Assembly: GCA_963664875.1 (NCBI GenBank)
Contig: OY761611.1
Span: forward strand, 544,001 to 608,000
Source of the DNA: Candidatus Kapaibacterium sp.
GTDB lineage: Bacteria; Bacteroidota; Ignavibacteria; Kapaibacteriales; UBA2268
Direction: 5' to 3'
DNA length: 64,000 bases
The notes below the pieces were generated by a model that did not search any database, was not told the DNA's origin, and was given only the letters and a program-made list of their open reading frames with translations. Every line of letters begins with the position of its first letter. Within the stretch, counting starts at the first letter, position 1. Positions 51,730 through 61,241 of the stretch are shown one piece after another. The translations under genes and the position numbers were made by a program.

Positions 51730-52971
51730 TTAGTGTAAAGGTGCACCTAATACTACACGGCAAGTATCTCTTGCTAATACAAGTTCTTCGTTAGTAGGGA
51801 TAACATATACTTCGATAGCACTATCTTTAGTGCTGATTTTCATTTCTTTTCCACCAACTGCTTGTTTATTAAGTTTAGGATCGATTTTGATACCTAAGTT
51901 TTCTAAACCTGCACATATTGCAGCTCTCGAATCAGGAGCATTTTCACCAATACCAGCAGAGAAACAAATAGCGTCGCATCCGTTCAATTCTGCCATATAG
52001 GCACCAATATATTTCTTAACTCTATGAGCAAACATATCCAAAGCTAATTTTGCTCTTCTGTCATTGTGTTCTTCCACTTCAATTTCCAGATCTCTCATAT
52101 CATTTGATAAGCCGGAAATACCAAGTACACCAGAACGTTTGTTCAAGATTGATAATACTTCTTCTAAAGAAATACCTTCTTTATGAGCTATAAAATCAAT
52201 AATACCCGGATCAATATCACCTGAGCGAGTCCCCATAATTAGACCTTCTAATGGAGTAAAGCCCATAGAAGTATCATAAGATTTACCATTTTTAATAGCA
52301 CAAACTGAAGATCCATTGCCAAGGTGACAAGTGATAATATTTGTATTTTCTCTTGTTTTACCTGTCAATTTTCTATATCCGTATGCAATATATCTGTGAG
52401 AAGTACCATGGAAGCCATATTTTCTGATTCCATATCTTCTATATAGCTGATAAGGAATACCATACAAATAATTTACTTCAGGCATTGTTGCATGAAAAGC
52501 TGTATCAAATATAGCTACCTGAGGAATATTCATACCAAATACTTCTCGGGCTGCATTGATACCTTTAATGTTTGGTGGATTGTGTAATGGGGCTAAATCA
52601 ATACAGTCTTCAATAGCTCTGATAACATCATCAGTTACTGCTACAGAACCATTGAATTTTTCACCACCGTGAACAGTTCTGTGACCGATTGCATGTATAT
52701 CTTCTAAGCCTTTGATTCCGGGGATATTTGTTTCAGGATCTGCCATCCACTGAGTAACATAAAATATTGCAGCTTTATGATCTCTCAAAGGTACTGCATT
52801 TTTAATTTTCTTTTCGCCAACTTTAAAAGTTACTACAGATTGGCTCCCGATCCTTTCTACAAGACCTTTTGCTAAAGTTTTGTCTTCACTTTTTTCAATT
52901 TTTTCTAAATCAGTTTCAATTATTTGAAACTTCAATGAAGAACTACCGGTATTTAAAACAAGTATATTCAT
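51730..52971 (-). CDS. ackA: Acetate kinase
   Basis: LNTGSSSLK, GHRTVHGG, APLHNP, FDTAFH, YGFHGTSH, HLGNG, PTNEE. Confidence 0.97.
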   Translation of the reverse strand: MNILVLNTGSSSLKFQIIETDLEKIEKSEDKTLAKGLVERIGSQSVVTFKVGEKKIKNAVPLRDHKAAIFYVTQWMADPETNIPGIKGLEDIHAIGHRTVHGGEKFNGSVAVTDDVIRAIEDCIDLAPLHNPPNIKGINAAREVFGMNIPQVAIFDTAFHATMPEVNYLYGIPYQLYRRYGIRKYGFHGTSHRYIAYGYRKLTGKTRENTNIITCHLGNGSSVCAIKNGKSYDTSMGFTPLEGLIMGTRSGDIDPGIIDFIAHKEGISLEEVLSILNKRSGVLGISGLSNDMRDLEIEVEEHNDRRAKLALDMFAHRVKKYIGAYMAELNGCDAICFSAGIGENAPDSRAAICAGLENLGIKIDPKLNKQAVGGKEMKISTKDSAIEVYVIPTNEELVLARDTCRVVLGAPLH

Positions 52972-53049
52972 TGAGATAGCCCATGTTTTATTAAAAATAT
53001 TGTGATGTATTGCTTTCTATTTTGCTTATTTGTTTTCTTTGCTTTGATA

Positions 53050-53057
53050 CAAATATA
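53050..53057 (-). promoter_or_regulatory. TAnnTTTG -7 element for ackA-pta
   Basis: Minus-strand TATATTTG in the intergenic region upstream of ackA. Confidence 0.5.
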
Positions 53058-53104
53058 GTGAGATTTACCATATTTTGCTAATTAGCTAAGGATTTTACAA
53101 ATAT

Positions 53105-54253
53105 TTATTTTTTTTGGAAATATTCAATAATTCCGTCTGTCAACCAGTTTGCTATAGCCTGTCTGTTGTTGCTTTCTATTAACCTTACCTGATCTTTCGG
53201 GTTTTGAATATTTCCCAACTCAATATATGCTCCTATAGGCTTTGTGTATTTAAGCATATATAGATTTCTTGAACTTACGGATCCGTCGTAACCTCTACCG
53301 GGCTGAGCTATCCGATATTTTTCTTCAATCGTGCTAAGCAAAGTGTTTGCAAACATTTTGCCTTCAGTGCTGTTTTGGTCATGGTAAAAGAAAATGTCTA
53401 TTCGTTTATCAGTTATTCTGGAATCTACATGCAAAACAACTATATACTGCTCTTGAAATCCGTTGTTCTGATTTTGTTTATATAAATTATTTACTATCTC
53501 TGCTCTTTTACGAAGTCTGGTTACCTGGTCATGCGAAATTGTGTCGCCACCATAGTAAAACTCTTTATTACTGTTATTTAGATATTTGTCATCTCTGATT
53601 CCGTCATTTTTGTCTTGAACTATTGTATATACTTTAGCAGAGTTCAGCATCAATTGTCTTGCTAACCTAAGAGTAATATCATAAGCATACTCATCTTCAT
53701 GAAGCTCGTGCTCGTTTGCAAAACCAATCGCACCCGGATCAGGTCCTCCATGACCTGAAACAACATAAAATATTTTTCCGGAAAGCTCACTACTTATTGG
53801 CTCTATGTTCTCATAATTTTTACCAAATAATGGTTCTTTTATTTTGTCAGAAATAACCTCCTGTGCAATATCGTATTCGGGAACCCATAGCTCTAATGTT
53901 TTTGTATATTCGCCCGGCTTTATTCCTTTCTTGTAGAGACCTATATTCCAATCCTGAATCGACTTTGCATAATCATAATTGTTATTCCCTATTGTAGTTC
54001 TTATGCTTTTGCCATTGTATTTATAAACTTTAATCGGTAATTTGTACTTTTGATTTAGGTATAGCACTTTTTTGGATTTACTTATTTGACCGGAATTCAG
54101 ATTTAAGAATTTGTCCTCTAACTCAGAAGAATAGTCAAGTCCGTACCGCTCTAAAAAAGTTTTTATCCCATCTCCGGGTTTTGGAGATACCTGTAAATAT
54201 TCTTGAGAAAACAGAGCTACTGCTGATAAGAGAAAAATTACTAAGTATTTCAT
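53105..54253 (-). CDS. N-acetylmuramoyl-L-alanine amidase (Amidase_3), Bacteroidota type
   Basis: Signal peptide from the ATG at 54253; GHGGPDPGA, E.EYAYD, LHVD, IELGN zinc/catalytic motifs. Confidence 0.9.
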   Translation of the reverse strand: MKYLVIFLLSAVALFSQEYLQVSPKPGDGIKTFLERYGLDYSSELEDKFLNLNSGQISKSKKVLYLNQKYKLPIKVYKYNGKSIRTTIGNNNYDYAKSIQDWNIGLYKKGIKPGEYTKTLELWVPEYDIAQEVISDKIKEPLFGKNYENIEPISSELSGKIFYVVSGHGGPDPGAIGFANEHELHEDEYAYDITLRLARQLMLNSAKVYTIVQDKNDGIRDDKYLNNSNKEFYYGGDTISHDQVTRLRKRAEIVNNLYKQNQNNGFQEQYIVVLHVDSRITDKRIDIFFYHDQNSTEGKMFANTLLSTIEEKYRIAQPGRGYDGSVSSRNLYMLKYTKPIGAYIELGNIQNPKDQVRLIESNNRQAIANWLTDGIIEYFQKK

Positions 54254-54352
54254 AAGCCAATATTTCCGTTGTTGATTGCAAGAATGTATTGCAAATTCTT
54301 CTGATGTTGAAAAAAAAGAAGTATTTATTTTGTTAGTCTCTTGTAGAGACTT

Positions 54353-54360
54353 TATCTTTG
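54353..54360 (+). promoter_or_regulatory. TAnnTTTG -7 element for the udg-ddl operon
   Basis: TATCTTTG 25 nt before the ATG at 54386. Confidence 0.45.
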
Positions 54361-54385
54361 TATATTGCAAATTTAAAGAATAACT

Positions 54386-55267
54386 ATGAATATCGTAAAT
54401 AAAGTAGAAGATTATTTAAAATTTCAGTCCGAAGTATTTGGCGATGAGATTCATATCATTGATATAGAGCCTACTCCTTTGCCTCCTTTTGAAGGCAAAG
54501 AACCACATTTTGAGCAAAATGTTATTGAAGATTCGAATCCAAATCCCATCGAAACGCAAGAGGAAAACGATACTGAAATTGAAAATATGACAGTTCAAAT
54601 TGAAACACAACCAGTAGTTATAGACGAAGTAGAAACAACTATGCCCATTACAAATTCGAATCCTGAAGTTAAATCTTCAATAGCAATAGATTGGAAAGAA
54701 TCTGAAAGTCTTGAAATTTTAAACAGCAAAATCTCTTCATGTTTGGAGTGTGAATTAGGAAGCACTCGTAACAAATTTGTTTTTGGCGATGGGAATCCTA
54801 ATGCTGACATCATGGTAATAGGAGAGGCTCCTGGTGCCGATGAAGATGAACAAGGTCTCCCTTTTGTTGGGCGAGCAGGACAGCTACTTACCAAAATGTT
54901 AGAAGCAATATATTTCAAGCGTGAAGACATATATATTGCAAATATTTGCAAATGCAGACCTCCGGGGAATAGACGTCCGACTCCGACAGAGGTTGACTCC
55001 TGCGAACCTTATCTGAAAAAACAGATTGAGCTTATTAAACCAGTTTTTATTCTATCTTTAGGTTTGACTTCCGTAGATACTCTACTCAAAAAGAAACACA
55101 AAATGGGCGATATCCGTGGCAACATTATGGACTATCATGGCATAAATATGCTTGTTACTTACCACCCTGCTGCTCTATTGCGTAACCCGCAATGGAAGAA
55201 AGATGCATGGGAAGATTTGAAAAAACTTAGAATTCTTTACGACAAATACTTACTAACTAAAAAATAA
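54386..55267 (+). CDS. Family-4 uracil-DNA glycosylase ([4Fe-4S]) with acidic N-terminal extension
   Basis: CLECEL, GEAPG..ED..G.PFVGRAG, KCRPPGNR, TYHPAALLR. Confidence 0.94.
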   Translation: MNIVNKVEDYLKFQSEVFGDEIHIIDIEPTPLPPFEGKEPHFEQNVIEDSNPNPIETQEENDTEIENMTVQIETQPVVIDEVETTMPITNSNPEVKSSIAIDWKESESLEILNSKISSCLECELGSTRNKFVFGDGNPNADIMVIGEAPGADEDEQGLPFVGRAGQLLTKMLEAIYFKREDIYIANICKCRPPGNRRPTPTEVDSCEPYLKKQIELIKPVFILSLGLTSVDTLLKKKHKMGDIRGNIMDYHGINMLVTYHPAALLRNPQWKKDAWEDLKKLRILYDKYLLTKK

Positions 55268-55287
55268 ATATCACAGAGAAGAATAAT

Positions 55288-56313
55288 ATGAAAATTGCAG
55301 TCTTATTTGGAGGCATTTCTACCGAAAGAGCTGTTTCGCTTACTGGTGGAAAATCAATAATTGAAGCGTTAAAAGAAAAAGGTCATGAAGTAAGGGGAAT
55401 AGATCCGATTTACGGAAAAGATTTGGACAAAGGCGAATTGCAACTGCAAGATCCAAGCGTAGCTCCTAATGCTACTGAAATTGGAAATATTTCTGAAAGA
55501 AAGTATGTTGAATGTCTTTCTCACGACTATTTCCAGACTGTCGATGTATGTTTTAACCTTTTACATGGTTACTTAGGCGAAGACGGAAAAGTCCAGGCAT
55601 TGCTCGAATTAAGCAAAATTCCGTACACAGGAAGCGATGCTCTATCAAGTGCTATGGCTATGGATAAAGCCCTTTCTAAGCAAATAATGGCTGCAAATAA
55701 CATTTTGGTTCCTGAAGGTTTAGTCCTTTCTCCTCAGCATGCTGATGACTTAGATCTTATCAAGCAAATTAGAAACCATTTCGGCAAAAGATTAGTTATC
55801 AAACCAAACGATCAAGGTTCCACTATAGGAATAACTTTCGTAAATGATGGCAATTTAGAAGACATAAGCAATGGTATTAGAGAAGCAGCTAAATATTCTG
55901 ATATCATAATACTTGAAAAATTTATAGAAGGCAGAGAGTTAACTGTCGGTATTGTCGGCAATCAAATTCTACCTGTAATAGAAATTATTCCTGACGGTGG
56001 ATATTATGACTATGAGCATAAATACACCAAAGGTAAAAGCAATTATGTCTGCCCGGCTGATTTGCCTCAAGACATCGCAGAATTTACTCAAAATATGGCA
56101 GAAGCTGCTTATACATCTCTTAAATGTACCGGGTTTGGAAGGGTAGATTTCAGATTAAACGAAGATGGTCAGCCAATAGCGTTAGAAGTTAATACAGTTC
56201 CCGGATTTACATCAACCAGTTTAGTTCCAATGGCGGCGAAAGCTCTCGGTATCTCTTTTGCTGACTTATGCGAGCACATTTGCGTTTTAGGCATTAACAA
56301 ATGGAAAAAATAA
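55288..56313 (+). CDS. ddl: D-alanine--D-alanine ligase
   Basis: GGISTERAVS, LHG.LGEDG..Q, MDK, YYDYEHKY omega loop, EVNTVPG. Confidence 0.96.
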   Translation: MKIAVLFGGISTERAVSLTGGKSIIEALKEKGHEVRGIDPIYGKDLDKGELQLQDPSVAPNATEIGNISERKYVECLSHDYFQTVDVCFNLLHGYLGEDGKVQALLELSKIPYTGSDALSSAMAMDKALSKQIMAANNILVPEGLVLSPQHADDLDLIKQIRNHFGKRLVIKPNDQGSTIGITFVNDGNLEDISNGIREAAKYSDIIILEKFIEGRELTVGIVGNQILPVIEIIPDGGYYDYEHKYTKGKSNYVCPADLPQDIAEFTQNMAEAAYTSLKCTGFGRVDFRLNEDGQPIALEVNTVPGFTSTSLVPMAAKALGISFADLCEHICVLGINKWKK

Positions 56314-56314
56314 A

Positions 56315-57298
56315 ATGAAGAATATACATCTTACCGGTATCGGCAGTGCTTTGGTGGATTTCCAATTCAAGGTCAATGATAGCGATTTAGCGGATTTAGG
56401 CTTGAATAAGAGTGAAATGACTCTTGTTGATGCAAATACTCAAGACATTATCCTGAATAAATACGAAGTAGAAAAAGCAAACAAATGCAGTGGAGGTTCT
56501 GCTGCCAATACTATTATTGCATTTTCTCAAATGGGTGGTGATGCCGGATATATTACTCGCATCGGCGATGACAATTTAGGTCATTTTTATGCTTCTGAAT
56601 TCACTGATTTGAGAATCAAACTATCTGCAACTCGTGATGATAAAAATGCAACCGGCACTTGTCTTGTATTTATTACTCCTGATTCTGAAAGGACTATGCA
56701 GACTTGTCTTGCTGCCTCCGCATTATTTTCAGAAGACAACTTGGACAAACAGTTAATAGCTGACTCCGAATGGATTTATATCGAAGGATATGCACTATCG
56801 CAGGAAAATAGCTTTAACGCAGTTCTTAAAGCAATTGAAATTGCAAAAGAAAATGATACCAAGATTGCAATTACGTTTTCAGATGTATTCATAACTGATA
56901 TCTTCAGGAATCAACTTGAAAAATGTGTGAGCAATGCTGACTTGATTTTCTGCAATGAAAACGAAGCATTTAGATTCACAAAAACTGATAATTTGAATGA
57001 TGCAATAAAAATATTATCTAAATTTGTTGCGTCTTTTGTCATTACTTTAGGTGCCAGAGGTGCTATAGCATTCGTTGACGGCAAAGAATATAAAATCAGT
57101 CCTTATCCAGTGAATTTAGTAGATACAACCGGTGCTGGCGATATGTTTGCAGCAGGATTTTTATATGGTATGATTGTCTTGAAAGATATTAGAAATGCCG
57201 GACACATTGCTTCTGCAGCCTCGGCTGAGATAGTTAGTCAGCTTGGTGCCAGATATAAAGATAATTTGAAAGATATTGTCAAAAGATTAGCGGACTAA
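56315..57298 (+). CDS. PfkB-family carbohydrate kinase (adenosine kinase-like)
   Basis: G.ALVD, GGSAANT, ERTM, NENEA, DTTGAGDMFAAGF. Confidence 0.92.
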   Translation: MKNIHLTGIGSALVDFQFKVNDSDLADLGLNKSEMTLVDANTQDIILNKYEVEKANKCSGGSAANTIIAFSQMGGDAGYITRIGDDNLGHFYASEFTDLRIKLSATRDDKNATGTCLVFITPDSERTMQTCLAASALFSEDNLDKQLIADSEWIYIEGYALSQENSFNAVLKAIEIAKENDTKIAITFSDVFITDIFRNQLEKCVSNADLIFCNENEAFRFTKTDNLNDAIKILSKFVASFVITLGARGAIAFVDGKEYKISPYPVNLVDTTGAGDMFAAGFLYGMIVLKDIRNAGHIASAASAEIVSQLGARYKDNLKDIVKRLAD

Positions 57299-57305
57299 AA
57301 ACACA

Positions 57306-58634
57306 ATGAAATACTTGATCATAATATTTACTTTTTTCATATCATCAAATTTGTTTTCTCAAAGTGGGATGCAATTTGCAGAGTTTGCTCAAAAAATAGA
57401 ACCTTACTTTGACGAAGCCTTTATTAAAGACATTCAAAATCAGATGCCTCAAGGCGATAGATATGTTGTTTGGGGTTGGGATGTCGGAGATTTTTCCGGA
57501 GACGGATATAATGATGTAGCTTTTGCAATCAAATTAGCTTCCGAACGCAAAAAAAAGGTACAGGTTTATCTTTTTGCTGATATAGAAGGTTATATGGTCA
57601 AAGTTGGGGAATATCAGTATAATTTCTTTGAGATTCCTTTGGAGATTGGTTTAGTCATAAAAGATGGTGCTTGCTATATCACAAAAAAGAATGAGCAATT
57701 CGACTGGCTTATCAAAGGATATAAGTTCGATAATGGCAGTCTAATGCTTTTAGACGAATATCATACCCAACCTAAGGGAAGATTTACACTTGAGAAATAT
57801 ACAAATTATGTTTCTCTCGAAAACACAGTAAAATATTTGAATAGAAGTACTTCAGAAAATGTATTTTTAGCTGATTATCTCACAATCCCTTCTTATCCTC
57901 GCGGTAAGCAAATTTATAAAGGCTATAATGATATTGCCCTTTCTCAGAGAATAGATTACGTCCATAAGGGAGCCTATAACTGGGAAGGTGCGGCTGATTG
58001 CTCTTTTGATATAAAATCTGCCTATGACGATGACAATTTATATTTTACAATCAATGTCTATGACGACTCAATTGTTCCCAAAAAGTGTGACAGTTGTGAA
58101 TGCGATTTAGTTGAAATATGGTTTTATGCTGATAAGCAAATGTCAGACCCTAACAAATTTGAGACAGAATCTCCTGATACACTTAATCTTGCATCAATTA
58201 AAAATGAAGGGTTGTTTTGTTTTAAAATTTACCCCGGAAATTTTGAAGATATTAAAAGCTATATCAAGTTAAGTACAACAGATGAACTCGCAAATTATCA
58301 GAACGTAGGTGTCAAAGAGATAAAATCTGTTTCTTCTCTATTTGATGAAGGTTACACTATCAAGGTAAAGATTCCTTTTATTGTTTTGGGCTATCAAACA
58401 TTACCTATAAGCGAAGATGACAAGTCTTGTATAAATCTGTCTATTGTAGTACATGATATTGATAACGAATTTAGACCAGAAGAAAAAACAGAAATAGCTA
58501 CTTCAGCTTTTACTCCGTTTAATCCGTTTACTTACGGATGTTTAAAGATTGTGCCCGGGAATACTTGGTACGGAGACAGTTATAACATCTATAAGGAAGA
58601 CATACTCAAGTATCTTAACGAGTATGGATTTTAA
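57306..58634 (+). CDS. Secreted protein with C-terminal CBM9/DOMON-like sugar-binding domain
   Basis: Signal peptide; GDFSGDGYND Ca-binding-like motif; YDDDNLYF..V.DD..D.VEIWF..GYTI..KIP..LG..V.D.D CBM9-like pattern. Confidence 0.6.
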   Translation: MKYLIIIFTFFISSNLFSQSGMQFAEFAQKIEPYFDEAFIKDIQNQMPQGDRYVVWGWDVGDFSGDGYNDVAFAIKLASERKKKVQVYLFADIEGYMVKVGEYQYNFFEIPLEIGLVIKDGACYITKKNEQFDWLIKGYKFDNGSLMLLDEYHTQPKGRFTLEKYTNYVSLENTVKYLNRSTSENVFLADYLTIPSYPRGKQIYKGYNDIALSQRIDYVHKGAYNWEGAADCSFDIKSAYDDDNLYFTINVYDDSIVPKKCDSCECDLVEIWFYADKQMSDPNKFETESPDTLNLASIKNEGLFCFKIYPGNFEDIKSYIKLSTTDELANYQNVGVKEIKSVSSLFDEGYTIKVKIPFIVLGYQTLPISEDDKSCINLSIVVHDIDNEFRPEEKTEIATSAFTPFNPFTYGCLKIVPGNTWYGDSYNIYKEDILKYLNEYGF

Positions 58635-58662
58635 TAAGCAAACTGTTTTTGAAAATACCTAC

Positions 58663-58708
58663 AAAGCAGACATATTGCTCTTATGCAACATGTCTGCTTT
58701 TTTCTTTT
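58663..58708 (+). terminator. Intrinsic terminator before the atp operon
   Basis: aaagcagacat...atgtctgcttt followed by tttctttt. Confidence 0.85.
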
Positions 58709-58764
58709 CCACAATCCTAAACTTTTCTAAGATTATTTTTCATATTCATACGTTACTAACTATC

Positions 58765-58986
58765 ATGACAAATACAAAAAAAAGAAACGACAACACTTGG
58801 GTAGAATACTCAACTTTAGGATTTCAGATTGCTATATATATGGTGCTCGGACTATGGGCAGGTTCAGCAATTGATACCGAAGAAAGCAAACCACTTTGGA
58901 CTATAGTTTTTTTGTTGCTGGGCATTATTCTCGGGATGTACAATTTTTTTAAGACCGTGTTGAAAAAAAATGATAGAAAAAAATAA
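58765..58986 (+). CDS. AtpZ/AtpI (ATPase gene 1) family membrane protein
   Basis: ATG at 58765; LGFQIA..LWAG..ID....PLWTIV..LLG...GMY two-TM pattern; first gene of the atp operon. Confidence 0.85.
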   Translation: MTNTKKRNDNTWVEYSTLGFQIAIYMVLGLWAGSAIDTEESKPLWTIVFLLLGIILGMYNFFKTVLKKNDRKK

Positions 58987-59037
58987 ATTTCTTGTTATAT
59001 TAGTTTTTACTAAAGCATTAATGGTATTGAGGGGATA

Positions 59038-59322
59038 ATGTCGGTACTTTTGCCAATAATTATAACATTGTTCAACACTTTAGTGGCTTTATGGATTATT
59101 GAAAGAAATATTAACTCAGACACTAAAAGATTCAATAAGACTGTTTTTTCTTCTTTAGTTGTCAGATTCTTCTTAGTTCTTATCGTTTTTGCATTAGTAT
59201 ATTACTATGTAGAAATAGATACTTTTATTTTCCCATTGATTTTTTTAATAAGTCAATTTTTGTGCATAATTATCGAAATAATCTATATCAATATTCGTTT
59301 TAAGCAAAGATTTAACAACTAA
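59038..59322 (+). CDS. ATP synthase I-like membrane protein
   Basis: Hydrophobic 3-TM protein with VRFFL motif between atpZ and atpB. Confidence 0.65.
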   Translation: MSVLLPIIITLFNTLVALWIIERNINSDTKRFNKTVFSSLVVRFFLVLIVFALVYYYVEIDTFIFPLIFLISQFLCIIIEIIYINIRFKQRFNN

Positions 59323-59338
59323 TCTATTTGGGCTTTAC

Positions 59339-60346
59339 ATGGCGGAACAAGTAACAAACCACGAGATTGAAACAAACGAACACGGTCATGCTGAATCATC
59401 AGCTCATACCGAAAAATCACAGGATGTTTTTTCTCAACTTCTTAATGAGAATATTGGCGACCACCACAGTCTGAGTTTTTTTGGTCATGGCCATTTAGAT
59501 TTGCCAAAAATATTTATTGATAACGGATTCCATTTTTATTGGAACGGCAATCAAATGGAAGAAGCCGGACTTTTTACAGAGCACCATCACCATTATGTGC
59601 GTACTTCTGACCATAAAGCCCCGGCTTTGGATTTGTCAATCACTTCTCTAGTTTTTTTCGAGCTGCTTGGTGCAGTATTATTATTTGTTGTTTTCAAAAT
59701 GGTAGCAGGAAAATATAAGAAAAACCCTGATAAAGCTCCTTCTGGTTTTCAAAACCTTTTAGAGGTAGTTTTTACCTACGTACGCGATGAAATAGTCAGA
59801 CCTAATTTGCCTAACGACAAAGTAGTAAATAGACTATTACCATATTTCATTTCTTTGTTTTTCTTTATTCTCGTACTCAATCTTTTTGGGTTGATTCCGG
59901 GTGGACACGCTGCCACGAGTAATATTGCAGTTACTGCAGCTTTAGCTATCACTGCTTTTATAGTTATTCAAATTACAGCTATAAAAGAATCAGGTATCGG
60001 AGCATGGTTTCATCACTTACTTGGTGGTGCTCCTTGGTGGCTCTTCCCTATTATGGTACCAATTGAAATCATTTCAATGTTTGTTAAACCTTTTGCATTG
60101 ACAGTCCGTCTTTTTGCGAATATGACAGCCGGACACGTTGTTATTTTATCTCTAATTGGTTTAATATTTTTCTTTAAAACAGTGTTTGTAGCTCCGGTTT
60201 CGGTAGGTTTTGCATTGTTTATTTACACACTTGAATTGCTAGTTGCGTTCATTCAGGCATATGTGTTTACAATCTTAACTGCTGTGTTCGTTGGCTTAGC
60301 CATCGGAGATCATTCACATGAGCATGAACATGCAGATGCTCATTAA
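59339..60346 (+). CDS. atpB: F0 subunit a
   Basis: PSGFQN, NLFGLIP, KPFALTVRLFANMTAGH, ELLVAFIQAYVF. Confidence 0.97.
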   Translation: MAEQVTNHEIETNEHGHAESSAHTEKSQDVFSQLLNENIGDHHSLSFFGHGHLDLPKIFIDNGFHFYWNGNQMEEAGLFTEHHHHYVRTSDHKAPALDLSITSLVFFELLGAVLLFVVFKMVAGKYKKNPDKAPSGFQNLLEVVFTYVRDEIVRPNLPNDKVVNRLLPYFISLFFFILVLNLFGLIPGGHAATSNIAVTAALAITAFIVIQITAIKESGIGAWFHHLLGGAPWWLFPIMVPIEIISMFVKPFALTVRLFANMTAGHVVILSLIGLIFFFKTVFVAPVSVGFALFIYTLELLVAFIQAYVFTILTAVFVGLAIGDHSHEHEHADAH

Positions 60347-60404
60347 AAAAATCGAAAGTACTTTAATTTATATTTTGTTTCTTATTATAAACGAGGATCA
60401 TTAA

Positions 60405-60632
60405 ATGGATGCTTCATCTTTAGCTTATCTTGCAGCAGGCTTGGGTGCCGGCTTTACAGTATTCGGTGCAGGTTTGGGTATTGGTAAATTGGCTTCAGCT
60501 GCTTTGGAAGCAAGTGGACGCCAACCGGAAGCTGCCGGCGATTTCAGAACTACAATGATTATCGCTGCCGCTCTTATCGAGGGTGTTGCACTTTTCGCTG
60601 CTGTAATTTGTTTCGTATTGACTACAAAATAG
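60405..60632 (+). CDS. atpE: F0 subunit c (H+-type)
   Basis: GAGLGIG, RQPE, ALIEG; lacks the Na+-binding Q...ES/T signature. Confidence 0.97.
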   Translation: MDASSLAYLAAGLGAGFTVFGAGLGIGKLASAALEASGRQPEAAGDFRTTMIIAAALIEGVALFAAVICFVLTTK

Positions 60633-60637
60633 TTTTA

Positions 60638-60671
60638 AGCGGTTATTCCTTATTGGAATAACCGCTATTTT
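60638..60671 (+). terminator. Stable hairpin after atpE (partial terminator or mRNA stabiliser)
   Basis: 12-bp perfect stem agcggttattcc/ggaataaccgct followed by atttt. Confidence 0.7.
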
Positions 60672-60731
60672 GTATAATTCCTCGTAAAAACAAAATTGAC
60701 TTGTAACATAAATTAAATAGATAGGTCAGAT

Positions 60732-61226
60732 ATGGAAAATCTTGTCTCGGTCAATCCCGGATTGATGATTTGGACGTTGATTATTTTTACAATATTCTTT
60801 TTACTTATAGCAAAGTTTGGCGCAAAACCAATTGCCAATGCTTTGCAACAAAGAGAAAAAAATATCAATGATGCTATTGACAATGCCAATACAGCTAACA
60901 AAATAGCTCAGGACAATCTCCAAAAAACACAAGAAAAATTGGATAATGCCCAAAAGGAAATGGCTGATATAATCGCAAAAGCCAGAGTTCAGGCTGAAAA
61001 ACAGCTCCAAAAAGCTTCTGAAGAAGCTGATAAGTTAAAACTTCAAAAAGTAGATGATGCCACTAAAGAAATTGAAAGAAAGAAAGAAGAGGCTATCGCT
61101 GAACTAAGAAGAGAAATTGCAGGCTTAGTTGTTGAAGCAACTGAAAGAATCCTTGAAGAAAAAATCGACCCTGCGAAAGATCAAAAACTTATCGAATCTT
61201 ATATACAAAAACTTCCTAAGAATTAA
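60732..61226 (+). CDS. atpF: F0 subunit b
   Basis: NPGLMIWT..F..L..KF..KPI..AL.QRE, then coiled coil. Confidence 0.96.
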   Translation: MENLVSVNPGLMIWTLIIFTIFFLLIAKFGAKPIANALQQREKNINDAIDNANTANKIAQDNLQKTQEKLDNAQKEMADIIAKARVQAEKQLQKASEEADKLKLQKVDDATKEIERKKEEAIAELRREIAGLVVEATERILEEKIDPAKDQKLIESYIQKLPKN

Positions 61227-61241
61227 GGTGCGGATTGTCTT

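Noticed and set aside
51196-51738. 180-aa plus-strand ORF, and the many other 60-120 aa ORFs nested in or antisense to large genes
   Set aside because: They lie opposite or inside well-supported genes (here pta), with no motifs or RBS; typical shadow frames.
58549-58764. N-terminal 72 codons of the 145-aa ORF
   Set aside because: Overlaps the previous gene and spans a terminator; the real atpZ/I start is the ATG at 58765.
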